64,000 nt of DNA from Alphaproteobacteria bacterium. GTDB taxonomy: Bacteria; Pseudomonadota; Alphaproteobacteria; SHVP01. A model generated the notes under the pieces. It was not told where the DNA came from and ran no database searches. It saw nothing but the letters and a program-made list of their open reading frames with translations. This document shows, one piece after another, positions 17,948 through 26,811 of the stretch (its first letter is position 1; every line of letters starts with the position of its first letter). The position numbers and the translations under genes were made by a program. The stretch is from the NCBI GenBank assembly GCA_040216735.1, contig JAVJOO010000004.1, positions 19,019-83,018 on the forward strand. Reading direction: 5' to 3'.

Positions 17948-19601
17948 ACCCGCCGCCGCAACCGCCGACGCGGCACTCACCGAGGTTATCCGACACTATT
18001 TTCTGAGCGCCGCAGAGGAAATGCGGGCGACCCTCGTGCGTACGGCGTTCAGCCCGGTGATCTACGAGGTGCGGGACTTTGGTATCTCGATCTACGATTC
18101 GCGCCTCGACCTCGTGGCCGAGGCTACCGGGCTGACGCGGTTTCTCGGGGCCAACGACTATGCGGTGCGCAAGGTCATGGAGTACGTCGGTGTCGCCAAC
18201 CTGCGCCCCGGCGATATCGTTCTCTCAAACTATCCCTATTGGAACGCCGCCCACGTCTCCGATGCAACCCTAACAGCGCCGGTCTTTGACCCGGATTCCG
18301 ATAAGCCGTTTGCCTATCTTTGCGTGCGCGCGCACTGGGCCGATCTTGGCGCAAAGGATCCTGGTTACGTCATCGATTCGACGGATATGCACCAGGAAGG
18401 GCTTGTTTTCCCGGGCACCCATGTCTTCCGCGCGGGCGCGGCGGTGCGCGAAATCCACGAATTGCTCCGCTACAACTCGCGGATGCCCGACATCGTGCTC
18501 GGTGATCTTGACGCGCAGGTTGCTTCGATCCGCACCGGTACCCGGCGCCTCAAGGGTATTCTCGCCAAGTTCGACGCCGCCACCGTCGATGCCGCGCTGC
18601 GCCGCCTGCTCGACCACGGAGAGGCGACGGCGCGCGCCGCGCTCGCAACGCTACCCGAAGGGTCGTGGGCGGCCGAAGATATTCTCGACGACGACGGCAT
18701 TTCCGACGACCCGATCACGATGAAGGTGCGGGTAACCCACCGCGCAGGAAAATTCGAGATCGATTTCGCCGGGTCGCCGCCATGCGTTCCCGGGCCCGTC
18801 AACTTGCCCTTCGGGTCGACCCTTGCGACCTGCAAAGTCGCCTTCAAGGCGTTGACCACGCCTGAGGTTGCATCGAATGGCGGACATATGCGCCCGCTCT
18901 TCGTGCATGCCGACCCTGGGACGTTGTTCAACGCGAGCTATCCCGCACCGACGTTTACCCAATGGACCGGGATTGTGCTTCTCGAACTGATCTTCAAGGC
19001 GCTCGCACCGGTCCTGCCGCACCGTCTTGCGGCATCCTCCGGCGGCGACGTTCCGGGTTTCATGATGATTGGGCAACACCCCGACACCGGCGCTACCTAT
19101 GCGATCAGCAACAACGATGCGGTGGGCTGGGGCGCGACCGCCGCGCACGACGGTGCGGACACGCGCAACCATCCCTGCCAGAGCATCGTCCGCAACACCC
19201 CGATCGAAGTGATGGAGACGCGGACGCCGATGTTCTTTGAGCGGGTTGAGATGGTGCCGGGCTCGGGCGGCCCCGGCCAATACCGCGGCGGTCTCGGGCT
19301 GCGGCGCGACATCCGCTTCCTGGCTTCCGGTGAATTCCTGACGGTGATGAAAAAGACCAAGAGCCGCCCGTGGTCTCTGGTCGGTGCAGGGCAACCCGCC
19401 TCGACCCGCACAATTTTGTTCCCCGGCACCGACCGGGAACGCAAGGTGGGTACCGCGCGGACACGGGTTGAAGCCGGCGACCGCGTCAGGATCATGACCG
19501 CCGGTGGCGGTGGCTACGGCGATCCAACCGCTCGAGATCCCGCCTTGATCGAGCAAGACCGCATAGACGGACTGGCCGCCTCCGTTCCCGAGGGCGGCTG
19601 A
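17934..19601 (+). CDS. hydantoinase B/oxoprolinase family subunit (HyuB-like), copy 2
   Basis: Internal ATG 17934 of ORF 17850..19601 (MDTTEPAAA...). It is collinear with copy 1 over its full length (VRTAFSPVIYEVRDFGISIYD, SGGPGQYRGGLGLRRD, AGGGGYG). It overlaps the copy 1 end by 14 nt. Confidence 0.85.
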   Translation: MDTTEPAAATADAALTEVIRHYFLSAAEEMRATLVRTAFSPVIYEVRDFGISIYDSRLDLVAEATGLTRFLGANDYAVRKVMEYVGVANLRPGDIVLSNYPYWNAAHVSDATLTAPVFDPDSDKPFAYLCVRAHWADLGAKDPGYVIDSTDMHQEGLVFPGTHVFRAGAAVREIHELLRYNSRMPDIVLGDLDAQVASIRTGTRRLKGILAKFDAATVDAALRRLLDHGEATARAALATLPEGSWAAEDILDDDGISDDPITMKVRVTHRAGKFEIDFAGSPPCVPGPVNLPFGSTLATCKVAFKALTTPEVASNGGHMRPLFVHADPGTLFNASYPAPTFTQWTGIVLLELIFKALAPVLPHRLAASSGGDVPGFMMIGQHPDTGATYAISNNDAVGWGATAAHDGADTRNHPCQSIVRNTPIEVMETRTPMFFERVEMVPGSGGPGQYRGGLGLRRDIRFLASGEFLTVMKKTKSRPWSLVGAGQPASTRTILFPGTDRERKVGTARTRVEAGDRVRIMTAGGGGYGDPTARDPALIEQDRIDGLAASVPEGG

Positions 19602-19605
19602 CTCG

Positions 19606-21027
19606 CTAATCTTTGCGATCCGGTTCCGCCTCTGAAAGCCGCCACATAAGCCGGACGATGAAATCTATCGCGTCGCGATACCCTTTGACCTGTAGATACT
19701 CGTTCGCAGCGTGCTTGTTGCCCGAATGCCCCAAGGTGGTTGCGATCCACGGAATGCCGACGGTCTCGATGAAAAGGTGGCTCGCAATCGCGGTCGACGT
19801 TCGCGGCCAAACCTCGGGGTCCAGTCCCCCCTCCTTGTAAGTGTCCAGGAGCGCCTGTACCGCCCAGTTCGACGGCGGCATGGCACCGCCCGAATAACCG
19901 CTCACGACCTCTATTTCGACTTCCGGAAAGCCGGTACTGTCGAAGTGACGGCGCAGACAAGCCACGATGTGCTCGACACTCATGCCGTCCAAGGGACGGA
20001 TGTCGAGGGCGGCCACGGCCGAGTCGGGCAACTCGGTCTTGTGACCGTGCTCCATCACGATGCCGCCCTGGATGCCCGACACGTTGATCTCCGTTCTGAA
20101 GCAATAGGCGCGCAACGCATCGAGCAGCGTGTCGTACTTGAATCGTTTAGCGTGCGCTTCCTTCAACAGAGATTCGGGGTCGACCCGGCGTGCCAGGTCG
20201 GCCACGAGCGCTTCCTCTTCGGCACTTGGCGGTCGCACGGGATCATAGAATCCGTCGAGCAAGATTTCTCTTTCGTCCGCCGATTTGAGACTGGCCAGAG
20301 CGGTTACAAGTCGAAAGACCGGGTTCGCAACCCAAATGCCGTGCAGCCCGTGGGCCTCGCCGCCGACTGGGCCACCCCAATCTCCTGCACGCACCCGGAG
20401 TCTAAGCATCATATTGCCCTTGACGCCGAGCCACGCAACAGGCGTGCCGTTGGCGCGCTGGGTATGCCAGGGCCAGTAGGCCACATCTGCCTTGCGCAGT
20501 TCTGGAAGGTGGGACTCGACAAAGGCGGGCAGCGACGCACTCGCCATCTCCGACGCCTCGAAGACCAGAATGAGATTGACCGGCAACGGGACGCCCGCCG
20601 CGCGATGGGCGGCGATCATTGATAACACCGAAGCGAGGGGCCCTTTGGTATCCTCCGCGCCCCGCCCAACGATACATTCGCCGAGATCGCCGAAGGTCAT
20701 GCGCCGCGCCTCGAACGGCGGCGCGACCCAGCCCTCGCTCTTTGCCGGAACGGTATCGTACATGCCGTGGATCAGGACGGTGCGTTTGGCGCCGGATTCA
20801 AATCGCGCATAGACGATAGGAAAATCGACACCGTCGACGATATCCGCCGTGCCGCCCAAAGACCGCAACTCGTCGGCGAACATCGTGACCGTCTCCGTGA
20901 TACCGTCGTTGTAGGCGGAGACCGAGGGTTGGCGGATATAGCGTTGGAGGCGCGACACGTGCGCCTCCAAATCGCTATCGAGAGAAGCTAGGACATCGTC
21001 CCGTTCGGAGCTGTTGCGGGTATTCAT
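19606..21027 (-). CDS. M20-family metallopeptidase (dipeptidase/deacylase-like)
   Basis: 473 aa with LIHGMYDTVP, GRGAEDTKGP and a C-terminal GHSGNKHAANEY. It converges on hyuB2 with only 4 nt between the stops. Confidence 0.85.
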   Translation of the reverse strand: MNTRNSSERDDVLASLDSDLEAHVSRLQRYIRQPSVSAYNDGITETVTMFADELRSLGGTADIVDGVDFPIVYARFESGAKRTVLIHGMYDTVPAKSEGWVAPPFEARRMTFGDLGECIVGRGAEDTKGPLASVLSMIAAHRAAGVPLPVNLILVFEASEMASASLPAFVESHLPELRKADVAYWPWHTQRANGTPVAWLGVKGNMMLRLRVRAGDWGGPVGGEAHGLHGIWVANPVFRLVTALASLKSADEREILLDGFYDPVRPPSAEEEALVADLARRVDPESLLKEAHAKRFKYDTLLDALRAYCFRTEINVSGIQGGIVMEHGHKTELPDSAVAALDIRPLDGMSVEHIVACLRRHFDSTGFPEVEIEVVSGYSGGAMPPSNWAVQALLDTYKEGGLDPEVWPRTSTAIASHLFIETVGIPWIATTLGHSGNKHAANEYLQVKGYRDAIDFIVRLMWRLSEAEPDRKD

Positions 21028-21177
21028 TGCTTTTCTTGACCTACTGCGAGGCGTTATTCCTTTGACCCCTTAACGGGGTTGTCGATACTCTCATTATGCC
21101 CGAACTCGCTTTGTGAGGAATGGGCGACAAATGCGCGCCGTCTAGAAAGCGGCGAGACATCTCTAGGGGGGAGTTCT

Positions 21178-22296
21178 ATGCCAAATTTACTTAGATACGT
21201 ACTCGCGTTTTCCGCTTGTTTGGTTGTTGCGTCTTTTGCTGGCGGCACGGTGCAGGCACAGGACGGGCTGCAGCGCGTCACCATCCGCGTTTCAGCGGAC
21301 CTACCGCCGCCGCCGCATCCAACGGCGATCGCGATGGAATGGTTCAAGGAGCGCGTCGAGGCGACGTTCCCTGCGGGCAGCGAGGTACGGAACTTCTACG
21401 CGGGTGCCCTCTATAAGGACGCCGACGCAATGGTGGCAATGGGGCAGGGTAACCTCGAGATGGGGTGGCTCCTGGCGGGCAAGACGGCTTCGGTCGATCC
21501 TTGGCTTGGAATTGTTGTCCAACCTGGCGTTCTCACCACCGTCGCCGCCGTTCACGAGCTTGAAAACCTAGAAACCGGCAAGATGCTTCTCGAGCGCCTG
21601 AGAACGCGCCACGGCATCGAACCGTTTGGGTTCGCCGACCTAAGTTTTGCGCTGGGTGTGGCGGGCAAAGAGCGGCTCCTGACCCTTGATTCGGTTCGTG
21701 GCAAAAAGATCAGGACGTTTGCCGCTGCGATCAACCCGGTTATGGATTCCTGGGGAGCCAACCCCGTCGTCATGGGATTCGGCGACGTACCCAGCGCGCT
21801 TGAATCCGGCGTACTTGATGGCGTCATTACCTCGATCGGCGGCTGGCGCTCGATCACCGAACAGACGCCGTACTACACGATAGCCGGCGTCGGCACGATC
21901 ACCTTTGACTCCTATTGGGTTGGTGCGAGCCAAGACTGGTGGGAAGGCCTTAACAAAGCGACGCAGGACAAGGTGCGCGAGCTGATGCTGCAGGCCATGC
22001 AGCGCCAGGACGAGGCGAGCTGGTGCAACGACCAGTTTGCAATTCAGGAGTTCGAGGCTAAGTCGCCTTCCGATCCGGGCGTCTACCAAGCGTCGGCGTC
22101 TCAAGCAGCTCCACTGCAGAGTGCGATCGGCACCAGCGTTGCCGACTTCCTCAAGAAGGATCTGCCAGACGATGCCGATAAATGGGTCGACCGCTACCTG
22201 AGCGAGGGCCGGGCGGCTTCGTCCAGCAACGGTCCAGGTACGGACCCCCTCGAGAGCCTCGATTGCGGGCCGTATCGCGCGCTGCTCAAGGGCTAG
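21178..22296 (+). CDS. TRAP transporter substrate-binding protein (DctP family)
   Basis: ATG 21178 inside ORF 21079..22296, preceded by GGGGGGAG. Sec signal MPNLLRYVLAFSACLVVASFAGGTVQAQ. Followed by dctQ/dctM-type genes. Confidence 0.85.
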   Translation: MPNLLRYVLAFSACLVVASFAGGTVQAQDGLQRVTIRVSADLPPPPHPTAIAMEWFKERVEATFPAGSEVRNFYAGALYKDADAMVAMGQGNLEMGWLLAGKTASVDPWLGIVVQPGVLTTVAAVHELENLETGKMLLERLRTRHGIEPFGFADLSFALGVAGKERLLTLDSVRGKKIRTFAAAINPVMDSWGANPVVMGFGDVPSALESGVLDGVITSIGGWRSITEQTPYYTIAGVGTITFDSYWVGASQDWWEGLNKATQDKVRELMLQAMQRQDEASWCNDQFAIQEFEAKSPSDPGVYQASASQAAPLQSAIGTSVADFLKKDLPDDADKWVDRYLSEGRAASSSNGPGTDPLESLDCGPYRALLKG

Positions 22297-22360
22297 AGTT
22301 CCAGGTGCGGGTGCCGACCGTGCGTAAGCATGGTCGCGCCCGCACCGGAAACGGTCTGCT

Positions 22361-22921
22361 GTGCGTAGGGCCTACATCATCTGGCGATCGTTCCAGGATC
22401 GCTTCCTTCAGTATGTTGCTGCGCTGCTTCTACTCGGTCCCACGCTGCTTGCCCTCCTAGAGGTCGTGCGGCGTTATGTGTTTGGCCAATCTTTCTCTTG
22501 GCAGCAGGATGCCGTGACCTACGGCATCCTGTCCGGCGTCTTCCTGTTCTTCGCAATCACGCAAAGTCGAGACCTGCACCTGCGGGTTAGCCTCGTGCCG
22601 TCGCTGCTTGCCCAAGGCGGCGAGACGGGGCGTCTCGTCGCAAGGCTTCTCGCAATTTTTAGCGCGATCCTCGGGCTTGTGTTCTGCGCCTACCTCGTGT
22701 GGCGTGGTATTCCGGTCGCCGAGCGCATGGTGGAGCGCAACAGAATGACGGAGAGTCTCGTTCTTCCGCTTTGGCCGTTCTTCATCACGTTTCTAGCGGG
22801 CATGGGGATGATGGCGGTTAGCTTTCTTTTTCAAGCCTACGCCGGTGTTCTTGTGCTCCTCGGGAGGGAGAGCGAGTGGCCGCAGATCGCGAGCGAGGGT
22901 GACGGTGAACCGATCCTCTAG
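22361..22921 (+). CDS. TRAP transporter small permease (DctQ family)
   Basis: 186 aa, 4 TM, with LLALLEVVRRYVFG typical of DctQ. Confidence 0.8.
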   Translation: MRRAYIIWRSFQDRFLQYVAALLLLGPTLLALLEVVRRYVFGQSFSWQQDAVTYGILSGVFLFFAITQSRDLHLRVSLVPSLLAQGGETGRLVARLLAIFSAILGLVFCAYLVWRGIPVAERMVERNRMTESLVLPLWPFFITFLAGMGMMAVSFLFQAYAGVLVLLGRESEWPQIASEGDGEPIL

Positions 22922-23023
22922 CGCGTCGCTTAGGTCGAGCGCACGGCAGGAGTTTTTCCCTCTTTCCGGAGTAGGGTCATTCCTACCTTCTTTCTAGCGG
23001 CGTTCGCTTTTCTCGGTTCGGGT

Positions 23024-24271
23024 GTGACGATCGGCGTCGCGCTGGGTGGGGCGAGCATGTTGTTCATCCTGTTCGACCCGCTGCTCGATGCGCGCGCCGT
23101 CGGGCAGAGTTTCTTCTCGTTTCTCAGCAGCTACAGCCTGATGGCGGTCCCGCTGTTCATCTTCGCGGGATTCCTCATGGAACGGACTGGGATGGTGACC
23201 CAGTTGTTTCGCTTTGCCGAGGCATTGATAAGCTGGGTCGTCGGCGGATTTGCTCTGGCGACCGTCGCAACCTGTGTCCTCTTCTCGGCCATTTCGGGCT
23301 CGAGCGTCGCCGTCGCCTCGGCCATGAGCTTGATCGCGATTCCGGAGATGCGCGCACGGAACTATCCGGACTGGTTGTCGGCCGGTATCGTTTCTTCAGG
23401 CGGCGGCATAGGCCTGCTGATTCCGCCAAGCCTGTCTCTGATCATTTACGGCATCGCGACTGAGACATCGATCGTTCGGCTGTTCATGGCTGGGATCATT
23501 CCCGGCCTGTTGCTCGCCCTTGGCATGTCGATTCTCATCATTGTCGCGGCTTGGCGGACGCCCGGTCTTGAGTCGGGGCGTTTTGTCCCGGCGCAGGTGT
23601 TGGAAAGTACCCTTGCGGCGCTCCCTGCTTTGACCTTGCCGCTTGTCGTTCTTGGCGGACTCTACGGCGGGGTGTTCACGCCGACCGAGGCTGCGGCCGT
23701 GGCCTGCGGCTATGCGCTGCTCTATGGGTTCGTTTCACGTCGCGGCGCATTTCTGCGCGAACTCCTTCCGGTCACGGCCCGCGCGGTAAATCTCACCGCG
23801 ATCGTCTTCTTCCTTATGGGCAGCGTCGGCATCTTTCAGTTCGTGGCGGCGAATCAGGCGTGGCCGCAACACATGGCCGAGGCCGTCATTGCAATGAATC
23901 TCGGCCCGCTTGGATTCCTCTTCGGCTATATGGCGGTGCTTCTGATTCTCGGCATGTTCGTCGACGGCATCGCGATGATTCTGTTGACGGTGCCGGTGGT
24001 TTTTCCAGTCGCCACGACCTTGGGCATCGATCCAGTGCACCTGGGGATCGTCGTCACCATGGGCGTGGAACTCAGCGTGATAACCCCGCCAGTGGGCTTC
24101 AACCTTTTCGCTGTAAGCGGTATTTCCAAGATACCGCTCAAAACGGTTCTGCGCGGTGCCATGATTTTCTTTGTTTCGGACTTGATCGTTACCGGTCTGA
24201 TTATCGTCTTCCCGTCGCTTTCAACGTGGTTGCCGTCGATCATGCTCGCAAGTTCGCCGTTTGGTGGTTGA
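23024..24271 (+). CDS. TRAP transporter large permease (DctM family); true N-terminus uncertain
   Basis: 415 aa, polytopic, with DctM-like blocks (MAVPLFIFAGFLMERTGM, SGSSVAVASAM, ITPPVGFNLF). The in-frame hydrophobic sequence IPTFFLAAFAFLGSG upstream of GTG 23024 looks like part of TM1, but it contains no ATG/GTG/TTG. Confidence 0.8.
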   Translation: MTIGVALGGASMLFILFDPLLDARAVGQSFFSFLSSYSLMAVPLFIFAGFLMERTGMVTQLFRFAEALISWVVGGFALATVATCVLFSAISGSSVAVASAMSLIAIPEMRARNYPDWLSAGIVSSGGGIGLLIPPSLSLIIYGIATETSIVRLFMAGIIPGLLLALGMSILIIVAAWRTPGLESGRFVPAQVLESTLAALPALTLPLVVLGGLYGGVFTPTEAAAVACGYALLYGFVSRRGAFLRELLPVTARAVNLTAIVFFLMGSVGIFQFVAANQAWPQHMAEAVIAMNLGPLGFLFGYMAVLLILGMFVDGIAMILLTVPVVFPVATTLGIDPVHLGIVVTMGVELSVITPPVGFNLFAVSGISKIPLKTVLRGAMIFFVSDLIVTGLIIVFPSLSTWLPSIMLASSPFGG

Positions 24272-24346
24272 CGGGAACGGTGTCTGTGTCGGATTGACGG
24301 CTGCATGAAGTATGGAGCCAAGGTGGTCGCATAGGAGGGCCGCACG

Positions 24347-25489
24347 ATGGGGATTCAACCGATTCACTCGATGATGCCAAGGGCGAGTCATGACGAGGGG
24401 CGTCGCCAGGATTTCGTGGTGGCGCTGAAAACGCATGTTTCAAGCGACATTACGCCGGGCAACCGTGCCGAAATGGAAGGCCGCGTGATCCCGGCGTTGC
24501 GCCGGGCCGGGCGCCCCCTGCCGCCGACACGGCAGGAACTCCGCGCGGCGATGGAGCGCGCGCCCTACCATCAGCTTTGGGGCTCGCTGATGCGGCTTGG
24601 GCAGGAGCTCATGTGGGAATCGGTCGGCGATACCGTCGATCGCCAACTTGGTGCGCTGGAGAAGCGCGCCAGCGTCTTCGCCAGAAAAAAGGGGTCTTTG
24701 ACGCTGTCGGAAGACTTCGTGCCGCCGCGCTACGTCAAAGCTGTCGACGTGCATACGATGCCCGGCGGTTACTGCGACGACTCGAGCGGGACGGATCTGC
24801 GGGCGGGGGCGATCTACGATCGCGGCGCCTACATGTACCATCACGGAAAGCGTGGGATGGACGACAACGGGCGTCTCATCGTTGCGTTCCTCAAGACCCG
24901 TTACCCTGACATCAAACCGCGGCGCATCCTCGATCTAGGATGCTCGGTCGGTCATGCGACGACCGCGCTCGTCGACTTCTTTCCAGAGGCCGAGATCTGC
25001 GCCATTGATGTCGGCGCGCCGATGCTGCGCTATGCCCATGCCCGCGCCGAGGCGATGGGCCGGGCAATCCACTTCAAACTCGCAAATGCCGAAGCGACGG
25101 GATATCCCGACAACCACTTTGACTTTGTGGTCTCCAGCAACATGATGCACGAGACATCGCGGGCCGCGGCGCAACAGATTCTGGCCGAGTGCCGACGAAT
25201 TCTGAGGCCGGGCGGCGCCATGTGTCACATGGAGGTGCCGGTTCGTTACAAGGACATGGCGCCCTACGATCAAGTCATGCGCGGGTGGCAGACCTACTAC
25301 AACGGCGAACCGTTCTGGAATGCGGTGTGTTCGTTGGACTTTGTCGAGTTATCTGTCGCGGCCGGGTTGCGCGACGTTGCGGACGGTTACCTCGAACGCA
25401 CCGGCGACCCCGACCGCGATCGCCGCGACTTGCTGCAAACGCCCAACCAGGGCAACAATTACCGTTACATGCTCACCGCACGGAAGTAG
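24347..25489 (+). CDS. class I SAM-dependent methyltransferase with ~190-aa N-terminal extension, copy 1
   Basis: 380 aa. SAM motif I is ILDLGCSVGHAT, with post-I AIDVGAPML and motif II FDFVVSSNMMHE. The N-terminal region is shared with the convergent paralogue (HTMPGGY / HCMPGGY). Confidence 0.8.
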   Translation: MGIQPIHSMMPRASHDEGRRQDFVVALKTHVSSDITPGNRAEMEGRVIPALRRAGRPLPPTRQELRAAMERAPYHQLWGSLMRLGQELMWESVGDTVDRQLGALEKRASVFARKKGSLTLSEDFVPPRYVKAVDVHTMPGGYCDDSSGTDLRAGAIYDRGAYMYHHGKRGMDDNGRLIVAFLKTRYPDIKPRRILDLGCSVGHATTALVDFFPEAEICAIDVGAPMLRYAHARAEAMGRAIHFKLANAEATGYPDNHFDFVVSSNMMHETSRAAAQQILAECRRILRPGGAMCHMEVPVRYKDMAPYDQVMRGWQTYYNGEPFWNAVCSLDFVELSVAAGLRDVADGYLERTGDPDRDRRDLLQTPNQGNNYRYMLTARK

Positions 25490-25511
25490 GTCTCACCGCA
25501 CGGAAGTAGGT
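25472..25511. repeat. perfect 20-bp tandem duplication spanning the methyltransferase stop codon
   Basis: CTCACCGCACGGAAGTAGGT at 25472-25491 is repeated exactly at 25492-25511. The first copy contains the TAG stop (25487-25489). Confidence 0.95.
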
Positions 25512-25523
25512 CGCGTATCGCGA

Positions 25524-26708
25524 TCAGGCTTTGCGAGCACCGAACAGAGTCGAGCCCACGATTTTGCCGCCGGTATCGGTAACCGGCGCATACTCGGTCG
25601 TACCGTCCGCGCGGGGCAGTGGCCAAACTTCGCGGATGGTCGATCGGAGAAATCCCGCGTCGGCAAGCAGGTCGCGCGCGTCGGTGTGGTGCAAGGTGCC
25701 CCAGAACGGCTCGGCGTTGTAATGCGTGTCCCAGTCCCAATAGTAGGCGTCGAGATCGTCTAGGCCGCGCGCGAACTGGGTGTCAACGTGGATCGTCACG
25801 CCGCCTTTGCGCAACACCCGATGGCATTCGGCTAGGATGCGCGGCGTTGCCTTGGCCGAAGTTTCATGGAACAGGCCGTGCGAAACCACGAGGTCGAAGG
25901 ATTCATCGCCAAAGGACAGCGCTTCGGCGTTTTCCTGGCGAAAGTGAACCCGCGCACCGAGGCCCTCGGCGCGAGCATGGCCGTACCGCAATTGCGGTGC
26001 AGCGACGTCGATGCCATATACCTCGGCGTCGGGAAATTCTTCAGCATAGGGCACCGTCGTTCCGCCCATGGCGCAGCCGAGATCGAGGATGCGCTTCGGT
26101 GCGAAGTCCGGGTAGGTCTCTCGCAGAAAGCCGATGGTCGTGTAGCCGGGCGCCGCGCGCTGCATCCGCGCGCGGGTATCGACGTAGTCGAGCGCCGCCG
26201 AGCCGCGAATCGCCAGACCGTAGTAATAGGCGCCACGGTCGAACATTGCCCCGGCGAAGACGTCGTCCTCGGCGATTTCCGAGTGATAGCCGCCGGGCAT
26301 GCAATGGATGTCGATGGCCGTGTTGTAGCGCGGCACCTCGATATCGGGGTCAAGGTGCAGGGAGCCCCTCGGATTGGCGATTTTGCTCTTCGTTAGAAGC
26401 GTCGGCAATTCGTGCCATACGATTTCGCTCACCGTATCCCAATGCATCTCCTGGATGCTGCGTGCGATCGAACTCCATGACTGAACGAAGGGGTCCGCCT
26501 CCATCGCGTGCCGCCATTCCGTCCGCGATTGGGGGGCGCGGCCATGTTCGGCTTTGAAACGGGGCAACACACGGGTCATGCCGACCTTTCGATCCGCCGG
26601 ATACACGTGGTCCTCCATGTGCATCTTCAGACCGGCGATGAAACTCTGGCGGCTGCGCTCGTCGCTTGCGGCGCGCGGCAGCATGGCGTGGGCATAGGGT
26701 TCTCTCAT
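25524..26708 (-). CDS. class I SAM-dependent methyltransferase with N-terminal extension, copy 2
   Basis: 394 aa with ILDLGCAMGGTT, GIDVAAPQL and FDLVVSHGLFHE. It is collinear with copy 1 along the whole length. Confidence 0.8.
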   Translation of the reverse strand: MREPYAHAMLPRAASDERSRQSFIAGLKMHMEDHVYPADRKVGMTRVLPRFKAEHGRAPQSRTEWRHAMEADPFVQSWSSIARSIQEMHWDTVSEIVWHELPTLLTKSKIANPRGSLHLDPDIEVPRYNTAIDIHCMPGGYHSEIAEDDVFAGAMFDRGAYYYGLAIRGSAALDYVDTRARMQRAAPGYTTIGFLRETYPDFAPKRILDLGCAMGGTTVPYAEEFPDAEVYGIDVAAPQLRYGHARAEGLGARVHFRQENAEALSFGDESFDLVVSHGLFHETSAKATPRILAECHRVLRKGGVTIHVDTQFARGLDDLDAYYWDWDTHYNAEPFWGTLHHTDARDLLADAGFLRSTIREVWPLPRADGTTEYAPVTDTGGKIVGSTLFGARKA

Positions 26709-26811
26709 CGTTCGGCTCCGTGGGTTCCCTTGGGGCGCATGTCAGCCTATGGATTGTAGCCGAAATTTGGCGCGCGTCACGACACCGGTACACCGGGAGG
26801 GGAGGGCAAGG

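Noticed and set aside
16226-17980. A 584-aa ORF antisense to hyuB1. Similar long antisense or off-frame ORFs include 14222..15715, 18651..19556, 12420..13286, 9532..10269, 10996..11781, 10245..11417, 45567..46649, 46262..47344, 34430..35365, 43715..44425, 37635..38288 and 62312..63103.
   Set aside because: They are Arg/Gly/Pro/Ala-rich and low in complexity, with no recognisable motifs. Each is fully embedded opposite or out of frame to a gene with clear family signatures. This is the typical shadow-ORF behaviour of GC-rich DNA.
26749-26811. ATG 26749 as the start of GMC oxidoreductase copy 1.
   Set aside because: It would leave only 40 bp to the divergent methyltransferase start. TTG 26812 has a strong SD and gives an N-terminus matching the paralogue (M-x-x-FDFI(V/I)VGAGSAG). 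This is not proven.
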